A DNA stretch of 64,000 nucleotides from Bacillota bacterium. Its GTDB lineage: Bacteria > Bacillota > Clostridia > Acetivibrionales > DTU013. Positions within the stretch are counted from its first letter, which is position 1. Every line of letters begins with the position of its first letter. The stretch covers positions 20,351 to 84,350 of the forward strand of contig JAEYOM010000004.1 in assembly GCA_023411715.1 (NCBI GenBank), written 5' to 3'. The notes under the pieces are model-generated. The model was not told the origin of the DNA. It did no database searches and saw only the letters and a list, made by a program, of their open reading frames with translations. The position numbers were made by a program, and so were the translations under genes. Positions 37,012-45,924 of this stretch are shown here, piece after piece.

Positions 37012-38730
37012 TCAAGCTTTATTTATATTTTTTGCACTATTTATCATCTCTTCTGCATATTTCAGAGATGTTGATGATGATTCTGAACCGCCTATCAGTC
37101 TCGCTATCTCCTTTATCTTTTTGCTCTTGTCCAGCAACTCCACAGTCGTCCTTGTATCGTTCTCTCCCGATATTTTTTCAATCAGGTAATGACTGCCCGC
37201 CATACATGCGATTTGAGCAAGATGCGTTACACAGATCACCTGATGCCCCTTTGAAATGTACAAAAGCTTTTCGCCAACCTTTTGTCCGGCTTTACCGCTT
37301 ATTCCGATATCGATCTCATCGAAGATCATTGTAGGTATTTTATCTACTTCGGCCAGTATCGTCTTGATCGCCAGCATGATCCTTGACATTTCACCGCCTG
37401 ATGCTATCTTTGCAAGGGGCTTCAATGGCTCGCCGGCATTAGCTGAGATAAGGAATTCCACCCTGTTGAGGCCGTTTTGCGTATATTTCCTCCAGCCATG
37501 GGCTCCGGCTGCATCATCAAATTGTATTTCCGCCTTGAATCTGGCTCTTTTCATCTCAAGATCGTCAAGCTGCCGGCCTATTCTTTCCTCAAGCAGTGAT
37601 GCAGCTTTCTTCCGCTCATCGTCCAATCTCAGCGACATTTCATAAAGCTGCCTGTCCAGTTCCGCCTGCCTGTTTCTCAAAAGATTGGCGGTTTCTTCAC
37701 TCTTTTCCATCTCGCTCAGTTGTTCCTGAGCCGCATCACAGAATTGCTGGACTTCCTCTATGGAAGAGCCGTACTTCCTCTTCAGTCTGTACAGAAGATC
37801 AAGCCGTTCCTCAATTTCTTCGAGCTGGGCCGGATCATATTCCGTGTTTTCAATGTTTTTCCTTATATCTGCAGTCAGGTCATCCAACTGATATATGATA
37901 TCCTGGAGGCGTTTGCGCAATTCTTCAAATTCATCCTCGAGCCTCGAGACAGATCCCAGTTGTGTAAGCGCCTCATTCATATTATCGGCTGCCGGTCTCC
38001 TTCCGGATTCCCCGGATGAAAGCAGCCCATACGCCACGGAAAGCGCCTCTGATATTTTTTCCGAATTCGCCAGGAGTGTTTTTTGTTTGTTCAGCTCTTC
38101 CTCCTCGCCCGGTTTCAACTTGGCCTTTTTTATCTCATCAATCTGGAATTTGAGAAGATCCATCTTTCTTTCGCGTTCGCCGGGATCCCCCGACAGAGCC
38201 TTCAGCTTTGCCCTGACTTCCCTGTACTGTTCCAGAAGCGTCGTATATTCGCGTCTTATCGATTGGATAGTGTCGCCTCCGAATGAATCCAGCAGATCGA
38301 TGTGGCTTTCCACTCTGAGCAGCGACTGGTTGTCATGCTGCCCGTGCAGGTCGATCAGGCGCTCGCCCAGCGACTTCAGCAAAGATGCCGCCACAAGCCT
38401 TCCGTTGACCCTGCATGTATTTCTGCCCGATTGGGTGAGTTCCCTGGAAAGTATCAAAGTACCGTCTTCTTCAGGATCAATGCCCATTTCGCCGAGAATA
38501 TCTCCGACCTTGTTTGCGTCCGACTGGAAAACAGCTTCAACGACAGCCTTGTCAGAGCCCGTCCTTATGATATCCTTTGAGACCCTGTCACCGAGGACTG
38601 CATTGATGGAATCGATAATTATTGATTTTCCGGCTCCTGTCTCACCGGTAAGTATGTTAAGACCGGAGCCAAGTTCAATATTGACCTCATCTATTAGAGC
38701 GATATCCCGAATGTTCAGCTGTAAAAGCAT
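37012..38730 (-). CDS. recN: DNA repair protein RecN
   Basis: 572 aa. Walker A GETGAGKS, long coiled coil, C-terminal signature SGGEMSRIMLA and Walker B MIFDEID. Confidence 0.95.
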   Translation of the reverse strand: MLLQLNIRDIALIDEVNIELGSGLNILTGETGAGKSIIIDSINAVLGDRVSKDIIRTGSDKAVVEAVFQSDANKVGDILGEMGIDPEEDGTLILSRELTQSGRNTCRVNGRLVAASLLKSLGERLIDLHGQHDNQSLLRVESHIDLLDSFGGDTIQSIRREYTTLLEQYREVRAKLKALSGDPGERERKMDLLKFQIDEIKKAKLKPGEEEELNKQKTLLANSEKISEALSVAYGLLSSGESGRRPAADNMNEALTQLGSVSRLEDEFEELRKRLQDIIYQLDDLTADIRKNIENTEYDPAQLEEIEERLDLLYRLKRKYGSSIEEVQQFCDAAQEQLSEMEKSEETANLLRNRQAELDRQLYEMSLRLDDERKKAASLLEERIGRQLDDLEMKRARFKAEIQFDDAAGAHGWRKYTQNGLNRVEFLISANAGEPLKPLAKIASGGEMSRIMLAIKTILAEVDKIPTMIFDEIDIGISGKAGQKVGEKLLYISKGHQVICVTHLAQIACMAGSHYLIEKISGENDTRTTVELLDKSKKIKEIARLIGGSESSSTSLKYAEEMINSAKNINKA

Positions 38731-38762
38731 ATGACCCCCCGAGACCCAATACTTGAAATAGC

Positions 38763-39212
38763 TTATTTGATCATTTTGCTGAGCTTGTTTACAAGTTCCT
38801 CCGCAATTTTTTCAGCCCTGCAGACTATCATGATCGTATCGTCGCCAGCTATCGTCCCGACTATCTCGGTCCATTTCAGCGTATCTACGGCTGACGCAGA
38901 CGCTTGAGCCATACCGGGCAGCGTTTTAACGATCACGATATTATTTGCGTAATCGCAGCTTACGAAAGATTCGGTAAAAATGGTGAGAAGCTTGTTGGTA
39001 ATGGAAGTTTCACTGTGCGATATCGGAGCATATTTGTAATGCTCGTCGTCGACCATTACCTTTATAAGCCTCAGTTCCTTTATATCTCTGGAGACAGTGG
39101 CCTGTGTAACATCCATACCGTTCTCCTTGAGTTTTTCCGCAAGCTCTTCCTGTGTCTCTATCTGATATCTCTCGATCAACTCAAGTATTTTCGCGTGTCT
39201 GCTGTATTTCAT
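38763..39212 (-). CDS. argR: Arginine repressor
   Basis: MKYSRHAKILELIERYQIETQEELAEKLKENGMDVTQATVSRDIKEL...GTIAGDDTIMIV. Confidence 0.95.
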   Translation of the reverse strand: MKYSRHAKILELIERYQIETQEELAEKLKENGMDVTQATVSRDIKELRLIKVMVDDEHYKYAPISHSETSITNKLLTIFTESFVSCDYANNIVIVKTLPGMAQASASAVDTLKWTEIVGTIAGDDTIMIVCRAEKIAEELVNKLSKMIK

Positions 39213-40083
39213 CTCTTTTCAGACTCTCTCCTCTATAATATATTTTGGTTCTGAGTACATTAAAGAAATTCCTGGATTTCATTTTTATAAGTTTTATCGA
39301 ATACGGCGACCTTTTGACTTCGATCCTGTCGCCTCCCCTTACCTCATGATCGTCCTGTCCGTCGCATGTGACCATTGCCGTATGCTGGTAGTCTTCACCG
39401 ATCATGGCGCCTATCACACTGTCCGGTTTGGTTACGAAAGACCTGGAATAAAGGATATGAGGACATATCGGCGTGATGAGCATCAAATCCGTATCCGGCT
39501 CTACAATTGGACCGCCGGCGGACAGCGAGTAGGCTGTCGAACCAGTGGGACTTGAAATGATAAGTCCGTCGCCCGGGAACGAATCGACAAAAACATCATT
39601 TATATACGCTTTGACATGTAAAATCCGTGAGACCGCTCCTCTGGCAATAACAACGTCGTTTAGCGCAAAATCCCTTTCCGGTTCTCCGTCCTGGCGGTAT
39701 ATCACGGTATCGAGCATCATTCTTTTCTCGACTTCGTACATGCCGGAAAAAAGCTGGTCTACAGCCCGGTCAATATCTTTTCTGTCCACTTCCGTTAAAA
39801 ATCCAAGGTTGCCAAGATTTATACCAAGTATCGGTATGTCTTTCGAGTAAAGCCTTCTGGCGGCCTTCAGGAAGGTACCGTCCCCTCCCAGGCAGACAAT
39901 GATCTCACTGTTGTTTATCAAGCTGTCCTCTTCACCACATGGCATACCGACGCCGCATTTTTCCGAAAGAGCATCGGACATCATGGCGCTGCCGCCTTTT
40001 TTGATTATACTTTCGGCGAGCTGCCGGGTATATGTAAATTCCGTATCACGATCAGCGTTTGTAATGATACCGATCTTTTTCAT
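39181..40083 (-). CDS. nadK: NAD kinase
   Basis: GGDGTFL motif. NLGNLGFLTE. Start chosen at MKKIGIITN (40083). The 3' end overlaps the argR start by 32 nt. Confidence 0.9.
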   Translation of the reverse strand: MKKIGIITNADRDTEFTYTRQLAESIIKKGGSAMMSDALSEKCGVGMPCGEEDSLINNSEIIVCLGGDGTFLKAARRLYSKDIPILGINLGNLGFLTEVDRKDIDRAVDQLFSGMYEVEKRMMLDTVIYRQDGEPERDFALNDVVIARGAVSRILHVKAYINDVFVDSFPGDGLIISSPTGSTAYSLSAGGPIVEPDTDLMLITPICPHILYSRSFVTKPDSVIGAMIGEDYQHTAMVTCDGQDDHEVRGGDRIEVKRSPYSIKLIKMKSRNFFNVLRTKIYYRGESLKRDEIQQTRENT

Positions 40084-40159
40084 CCACACCTCAGCTTAAA
40101 GCATGCTTTTTATTTTCTTTTACATTATATCGTATAATAATACAGAAGACAAATTCGAT

Positions 40160-40969
40160 TTAGAGTTCCACGTGCGATTGCTTAACTGTATTGTCGATTT
40201 CAGGCAATATTTCCCCAATGTCCCTGGTTCCGGCTCCAAACGACAGGTAGCACAGATATTCTATGTTACCCTCAGGCCCTTTAATCGGCGAGTATGTTAT
40301 GCCTTTTACTCCAAAACCAACCCCTATGGCAAAAGATACGATCTCTTCCACGACCTGGCGATGGATTGCAATGTCCCTGACCACGCCATGCTTGCCCACC
40401 TTGTCCCTGCCTGCTTCAAACTGCGGCTTTATCAGACAGAGCACCTCTCCGGCAGCCTGATTCAATAGTTGTTTTACTGCCGGCAGGACTATTTTCAAAG
40501 AAATGAAAGAAACATCTATGGAGGCAAAATCGACAGCCATGCCGATATCCTCCGGTTTTACATAACGGATGTTGGTCCTTTCCAGATTCAGTACGCGTTC
40601 GTCGTTCCTGAGCTGCCAGGCCAGCTGTCCATAGCCTACATCTATTGCAACGACCTTTTCTGCCCCGTTCTGGAGCATGCAGTCGGTAAACCCGCCTGTG
40701 GAGGCCCCGACATCCATCGTTTTTTTGCCTTTGAGATCTATCCCGAAGAAATTGATAGCCTTGTCCAGTTTCAAGCCGCCCCTGCTTACGAAAGGGTTCG
40801 GATTCTTCCTGATCTCTATTTCGGAATCCGCATGATAAATGCTCCCCGGTTTGTCCGCGCGCTCGCCGTTTACATAGATCAAGCCGGCCATGATAGAGGT
40901 CTTCGCTCTCTCCCGGCTTTCGAACAAACCTTTTTGTACAAGCAGCACGTCAAGCCTTTCTTTTTCCAA
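40160..40969 (-). CDS. tlyA: TlyA-family rRNA 2'-O-methyltransferase (S4 + FtsJ domains)
   Basis: RLDVLLVQKGLFESRERAKTSIMAGLIYVNG...DVGASTGGFTDCMLQNGA...LIKPQFE. TTG start. Confidence 0.9.
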   Translation of the reverse strand: MEKERLDVLLVQKGLFESRERAKTSIMAGLIYVNGERADKPGSIYHADSEIEIRKNPNPFVSRGGLKLDKAINFFGIDLKGKKTMDVGASTGGFTDCMLQNGAEKVVAIDVGYGQLAWQLRNDERVLNLERTNIRYVKPEDIGMAVDFASIDVSFISLKIVLPAVKQLLNQAAGEVLCLIKPQFEAGRDKVGKHGVVRDIAIHRQVVEEIVSFAIGVGFGVKGITYSPIKGPEGNIEYLCYLSFGAGTRDIGEILPEIDNTVKQSHVEL

Positions 40970-41100
40970 GGTATTACCTCCAGATAGAACTTTTAGCTTT
41001 TAGCTTTTAACTCAAAATTTAACACTTGTGACTCTATACTCAATATTATCGCTTAACATTATTAAAATAATGATATTTACTATGACCTTTACGTACTAAT

Positions 41101-41334
41101 ACCTGCTGCGCCGGTTGATTAATATTGCATGAGTTTCGTGACCTGGAGCATATTGATGAGGCATTGCCCAAGGAAAATATCTGTTTGAGCGAAGCATTCA
41201 CATCTATGCTTCGCATTTTGTTTCATCTGTAACTATTTGCGGAGCAAATAGTATTGTTAAATTTTCCAACAGAGCCGAATCTATATGCTCCGGGAACGTA
41301 AACTCCGCAATAGGAATCAACCGGCGCAGCAGGT
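41101..41334. repeat. 234-bp long-hairpin (MITE-like or invertible) element: ~52-bp imperfect terminal inverted repeats around a 129-nt core
   Basis: Left arm 41101-41153 (acctgctgcgccggttgatt aatattgcatgagtttcgtgacctggagcatat). Right arm 41283-41334 is its reverse complement, with the outer 20 nt perfect and about 85 percent identity overall. The core holds two perfect hairpins: gcgaagcat/atgcttcgc (41188-41213) and ctatttgc/gcaaatag (41233-41251). Confidence 0.9.
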
Positions 41335-41386
41335 TATGACTGAGTTCATCTAGTGAGAGTCAAACCGGCGCAAGCAGGTTATGACT
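41319..41386. repeat. 23/24-nt direct repeat duplicating the 3' end of dxs
   Basis: aaccggcgcagcaggttatgact (41319-41341) and aaccggcgcaagcaggttatgact (41363-41386). The second copy contains the dxs stop codon (41379-41381). Confidence 0.9.
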
Positions 41387-43265
41387 TATTTTTTATCAGT
41401 TTTATTATGCTGCGGCTTATCGACTCGGCATCGAGCCCGTATTTTTCAAAAATCCTGTTCCGTGGTCCGTGCGTTATCGGAGCGTCAGGGAAACCGAATA
41501 TACCTGTTTTTACCCTGTAACCGTTCCTGTTCAGAAGCTCCAGCACGGCGCTCCCAAAGCCGCCCGTTATACAGTTGTCCTCGAGCGTTGCGACCGCATG
41601 CGTTTTTGCGGCGCTTTCCAGTATCAGCCTTGCGTCGAGCGGCTTTACAAACCTGGCGTCGATCACGTCGGCATGTATGCTTTTTTCTGTGAGCAATTCC
41701 GATACGCGCAGCGCTGTTTCCACCATTTTTCCGACTGCCAGTATAGTGACGTCTTCGCCGTTTTGCAGCTTCAGGCCTTTTCCACACTGTATAGGGGATA
41801 TCGGCACCATTCGTACTTTTCCGGTGCCTCTGGGGTAACGTATCGCTATCGGTCCGTCATGCGCTGTAACCGCATAATCCAGCATGCGCTCAAACTCGAG
41901 ATAATCGCTGGGAGCGGCAATCGTCATATTGGGTATGTGTTCGAGATACGACAGATCGTAAATACCCTGGTGCGTCTCTCCGTCTTCACCTATCAGGCCT
42001 GCCCTGTCAATGGCAAAAACGACATGCAGATCCTGAAGCGCGACATCGTGTATTATCTGATCATACGAACGCTGAAGAAAAGTTGAATAAATTGCCACCA
42101 CAGGCTTGATACCCGCTTTTGCAAGACCGGCGGCAAACGTTACCGCATGCTGCTCCGCAATACCCACGTCAAAGAAACGTTCCGGATATTTTTTTGCAAA
42201 TTCCTCAAGTCCCGTACCAAGGGGCATTGCAGCAGTTATTGCGACGAGTCTGGGCTCGTTGGCCGCAAGATTGACCATTTTTTCGCCAAATATATCGGAA
42301 TAGGACGGCCCGTTATTGATCTTAACCTCGCCGGTCTCAATTTCAAACGGATTTATGCCGTGAAATTGCTGTGGCTTGTTTTCAGCAAACTTGTATCCCT
42401 TGCCCTTTTGGGTCAATACATGTATCAAAACGGGGCCTTTAAGTTTCTTAGCCCTTGAAAGCACATTTGTAAGTTCTTCTACGTCATGTCCGTCGATCGG
42501 CCCCAGATATTTCAGACCCAGTTCTTCGAATAACATTCCGGGAATCAGCATGTATTTTATAGATCCCTTTGCCCTGTTCAATGCGCGTGCGGCGCTGTCG
42601 CCTATGGCAGGCAGCCTCTTCAGCAGGGAATCAAAATCTTCCTTCGCTTTGGAATAGATCGGCTGTGTCCTTATTTTACTCAGGTAACGTGAAAAGCCGC
42701 CTACATTCTTGCTTATGGACATGCCGTTATCGTTAAGGATGATTATCATGTTGTTGCGTGAACGCCCTGCGTCATTGAGCGCTTCGAATGCCATACCGCC
42801 CGTCATCGCACCGTCGCCCATGACTGCGACTACGGAATAATTAACTCCCAGAATATCGCGCGCCTTGGCAAATCCGAGCGCGGCGGATATGGATGTGCTG
42901 CTGTGACCCGTATTGAAGCAGTCGCTATCGCTTTCACAGCTTTTCGGAAACCCGGAGAGGCCATCAATCTGACGAAGCGTGTCAAACCGGTCCCTTCGGC
43001 CTGTTATTATCTTATGCACGTAGGATTGGTGACCGACGTCCCATACTATCTTATCCCTCGGGGTGCTGAATACCCTGTGCAGCGCCAGGGTAAGCTCGAC
43101 TACGCCAAGATTTGACGCCAGATGCCCTCCCGTTTCGGAAACCTTTTCTATCAGGAACTGCCTGATCTCATCGGCAAGTATCTTCATTTGTACTAAATTC
43201 AGCTTTTTAATATCGTCCGAATTATTTATCCGATAAAGTATGCTTTCTTCACTTTTTTCTATCAT
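41379..43265 (-). CDS. dxs: 1-deoxy-D-xylulose-5-phosphate synthase
   Basis: 628 aa. GHSSTSISAALG, TPP motif GDGAMTGGMAFEALN, transketolase-like C-terminus. Confidence 0.95.
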   Translation of the reverse strand: MIEKSEESILYRINNSDDIKKLNLVQMKILADEIRQFLIEKVSETGGHLASNLGVVELTLALHRVFSTPRDKIVWDVGHQSYVHKIITGRRDRFDTLRQIDGLSGFPKSCESDSDCFNTGHSSTSISAALGFAKARDILGVNYSVVAVMGDGAMTGGMAFEALNDAGRSRNNMIIILNDNGMSISKNVGGFSRYLSKIRTQPIYSKAKEDFDSLLKRLPAIGDSAARALNRAKGSIKYMLIPGMLFEELGLKYLGPIDGHDVEELTNVLSRAKKLKGPVLIHVLTQKGKGYKFAENKPQQFHGINPFEIETGEVKINNGPSYSDIFGEKMVNLAANEPRLVAITAAMPLGTGLEEFAKKYPERFFDVGIAEQHAVTFAAGLAKAGIKPVVAIYSTFLQRSYDQIIHDVALQDLHVVFAIDRAGLIGEDGETHQGIYDLSYLEHIPNMTIAAPSDYLEFERMLDYAVTAHDGPIAIRYPRGTGKVRMVPISPIQCGKGLKLQNGEDVTILAVGKMVETALRVSELLTEKSIHADVIDARFVKPLDARLILESAAKTHAVATLEDNCITGGFGSAVLELLNRNGYRVKTGIFGFPDAPITHGPRNRIFEKYGLDAESISRSIIKLIKNKS

Positions 43266-43890
43266 TTTTAGTTTTCCTTTTTTTTGTGAAAAACAATATT
43301 TTGTCCAAAACGAAGCTGATTACCACACTCACCTTATATATTATGTAATTGCTATTGCGCAGCGCAATCGTTTTTCCGAGGGCCTTTCCACCAACTGTCA
43401 TCGCAGTTATCAATCCCGTTATCACAAGCTCCGCGATAGTAATCGTTTCCTGTTCGCCGATGATTCTTATAATAATGTAGGCGCCCGCAGCGCCGCTTAT
43501 AATGCCGCATATATCGCCAACGACGTCGTTGCATACATTTGATACCTTATCAGCATTCCTTATAAGCCTTATAGACTGTTTCGCACCGTAAAGCTTCCGG
43601 GATGCCATGGCATGGAACGGAGCCTCCTCAGCCGCCGTAACAGCCGTCCCTATGGTATCGAACATGATATTTATCAAAATTATAAATAATATTACCAAAA
43701 AAGCTGTAAGTATATCCGATTCTTTCAGAATATTGGATGATGCGATATTAAGTATTGCAGATATAAAAAAGGACGAAAAGGTAACAGCCAGTATCCAGAT
43801 TATATCATTCTTTTTAGCAGCACCCACAGCGGTTTTTTCTCTGAACTTTACTTTCTTTTCTTCGGCGGGATGCTTGAAATTATCGTCCAC
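43249..43890 (-). CDS. oapA: Small 4-TM membrane protein, proposed OLE-associated protein OapA
   Basis: Start chosen at GTG 43890, 9 nt after GGAGG (the track ORF begins at TTG 43914). Four hydrophobic segments. DVVGD (DxxxD) motif. 17-nt overlap with the dxs start. Sits directly downstream of the large RNA. Confidence 0.65.
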   Translation of the reverse strand: MDDNFKHPAEEKKVKFREKTAVGAAKKNDIIWILAVTFSSFFISAILNIASSNILKESDILTAFLVILFIILINIMFDTIGTAVTAAEEAPFHAMASRKLYGAKQSIRLIRNADKVSNVCNDVVGDICGIISGAAGAYIIIRIIGEQETITIAELVITGLITAMTVGGKALGKTIALRNSNYIIYKVSVVISFVLDKILFFTKKRKTKNDRKK

Positions 43891-43956
43891 CGACTTAAAC
43901 CTCCATATCAGCAATAAAGGACGTATCCTGAATCAGGATGCATCCCAGATGATTAA

Positions 43957-44593
43957 GTAAAAACCAGGTGGCAATATATTGAGTAAATTTTGCGGCTTAG
44001 GTCAGGCAGGATTTCCCCCGGAAATACCGATTTGTCGCCAAACCGGCGGTTTCCCTTTAAATTTCCGGCCGCAGCGTTACCGCTGTCGGGGCCTGATTAC
44101 CACTTAGTCCACACTGCAATCCCCAATATATTTCATTTGGAACAGCCTAGGGGTTTTCCCCGGCAGTCTGTCCGTTTCCTAGCCTCTTTTGCAAATAGGG
44201 TTTCAAATAGCGATAATGCGCTCATACCGGCCAGTAATCCTGCATCTGATCCATTATCCACCGTATTCACTCAAGGCAGGCTACGCTGTCCACAGCATCA
44301 AATGATACCGCATAACAGGTTCAATCCCTGATCGTAGTTGATACCAAGCTTCAAAATCCCTTTTTGAATATTCAAAGCCTCTTTCTTCCACAAGTCAGGG
44401 TCTCCACGGTAAAGGGGTCAACGCCTGCATGCCATTGCAGATCGCCCCTGAACCTTAACTCCCAGCACCAGCCCACCACTGGGCGTAGCAAGCCGACACA
44501 AGGAACTTCATCGATATGCCCTTTAACGGATTTTTAGGCCCGTCCTGAGAAACGTCAGTACTGACTAGAATACTGCGCCACCTTGTTTTTTGA
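43957..44593 (-). ncRNA. ole: Large structured ncRNA, proposed OLE (ornate, large, extremophilic) RNA
   Basis: About 640 nt with no credible ORF inside a packed operon. Own promoter. 5' AAGGUGGC pairs with 3' GCCACCUGG, followed by a U-run. A GNRA-capped helix (ACAGCG-GUAA-CGCUGC) exists only on the minus strand. The context ispA-RNA-oapA-dxs-tlyA is diagnostic. No covariance-model search was possible here. Confidence 0.7.
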
Positions 44594-44599
44594 ATTCTT

Positions 44600-44630
44600 A
44601 TTATAGCATATTTCTTGTGACCAATAAAGA
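44600..44630 (-). promoter_or_regulatory. Extended -10 promoter for the large ncRNA
   Basis: Minus strand TTTATT-17 nt-(TGC)TATAAT. TGCTATAAT corresponds to 44600-44608. Confidence 0.5.
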
Positions 44631-44750
44631 ATAACTATCATTCCTTTTAAGTTTCAATGCTGCCGAAACGATAAGTTACGACTCGTTATCGACCATATGC
44701 TTATTTATAATGCATTTACATTGTCCGCGCGCATTATTTGAACTCATTCA

Positions 44751-45641
44751 TCAATGATCGCGGTCCCTTACGAATCCAGCCAGATCCCTGAGAAAACCTG
44801 CTTTATCGTCGAAACTCTCCAAAGCGCCGAGCGCGGTATCTATTGTTTTATCAAGCATAGCCCGGGCATTTTCGAGACCATATAGCGTGACGTATGTAGA
44901 TTTGCCCGATCCAGCGTCGCTTCCGGCCGCTTTGCCCATCTTTCCGGGATCGCCTTTCACATCCATGATATCGTCCTTGATCTGGAAAGCGAGCCCAATA
45001 TTCTCCGCATAGCTGCCAAGCTTTTCGATATCTTTTTCAGAAGCGCCGCACAAAACAGCGCTTGCTATTACCGGAGCTTTTATAAGCGCGCCGGTCTTGC
45101 ACCTATGCATGAATTCCAATGTAACTGTTTCGATCTTCTTTCCTTCCGATTCCATGTCGACGACCTGTCCGCGAATCATGCCGTCCGCGCCTGCCGCCCC
45201 GGCAACGATTTGCATCGCTCTCAGCCTGGCGTCCATATTCCTGCCGTCTGAAATCGACGCTGCAAGCATCAGTTCATATGCGCTGTTCAGGAGCGCATCC
45301 CCCGCTAATATGGCCATTGCTTCTCCAAATACCTTGTGATTCGTCGGTACGCCTCTTCTGTAGTCGTCGTTGTCCATTGCGGGAAGATCGTCATGTATCA
45401 GGGAATAAGTATGTATCATCTCGATCGCGCACGCATACGGAAGTATTTCGTTCTTATTGCCGTCCAGCATTTCGCATACGGCAAGCGCCAGGACCGGCCT
45501 CAGCCTTTTTCCGCCGGCCATCAGGCTGTATTTCATCGCATTGTAAATGTTCGAGCCGGGGCCTTCCTTGATCGAAAGATAATCGTCAAGAGCATTGTTT
45601 ACAAGCTGTGTCCATTTGTCCAACCGAGCGTTGAAGTCCAT
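44751..45641 (-). CDS. ispA: Farnesyl-diphosphate synthase (polyprenyl synthetase)
   Basis: First Asp-rich motif LIHDDLPAMDNDDYRRG and second motif FQIKDDIMD. Confidence 0.95.
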   Translation of the reverse strand: MDFNARLDKWTQLVNNALDDYLSIKEGPGSNIYNAMKYSLMAGGKRLRPVLALAVCEMLDGNKNEILPYACAIEMIHTYSLIHDDLPAMDNDDYRRGVPTNHKVFGEAMAILAGDALLNSAYELMLAASISDGRNMDARLRAMQIVAGAAGADGMIRGQVVDMESEGKKIETVTLEFMHRCKTGALIKAPVIASAVLCGASEKDIEKLGSYAENIGLAFQIKDDIMDVKGDPGKMGKAAGSDAGSGKSTYVTLYGLENARAMLDKTIDTALGALESFDDKAGFLRDLAGFVRDRDH

Positions 45642-45648
45642 AAATCCA

Positions 45649-45882
45649 TCACTGTCCTAAAGCGGGCATCTCCTTTTCCAATATTCCGTTTTCGCCTTCT
45701 ATCAGTATAGTAATACTGCGCTCCGCCTCATCAAGCTTTTTGTTGCAGAACTTCGTAAGTTCGACACCCCTCTGGAAACAGTTTATCGAATCCTCGAGGG
45801 TAAGCTCGCCTTTTTCAAGCTTTTTAACTATCTCTTCGAGCTCCGCTATAGCCTGTTCGAAACTTGCACCTTTTTCACTCAT
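45649..45882 (-). CDS. xseB: Exodeoxyribonuclease VII small subunit
   Basis: Start moved to MSEKGASFEQAIAELEEIVKKLEKGELTLEDSINCFQRGVEL (45882). Confidence 0.9.
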   Translation of the reverse strand: MSEKGASFEQAIAELEEIVKKLEKGELTLEDSINCFQRGVELTKFCNKKLDEAERSITILIEGENGILEKEMPALGQ

Positions 45883-45924
45883 ATTTTTATCCCCCTCCGG
45901 GTTTCCCAGCATATCTTCAATTTT

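Noticed and set aside
44300-44330. tRNA-like T-arm (CAGGTTCAATCCCTG) on the + strand.
   Set aside because: No acceptor, D or anticodon arms can be built around it. It is an isolated T-loop-like hairpin within the large ncRNA region, not a tRNA gene.
43990-44331. 113-aa + strand ORF inside the ispA-oapA gap.
   Set aside because: Pro/Arg-rich, no RBS, starts at a non-ATG codon (TTG), and lies inside the region better explained as a structured RNA on the opposite strand.
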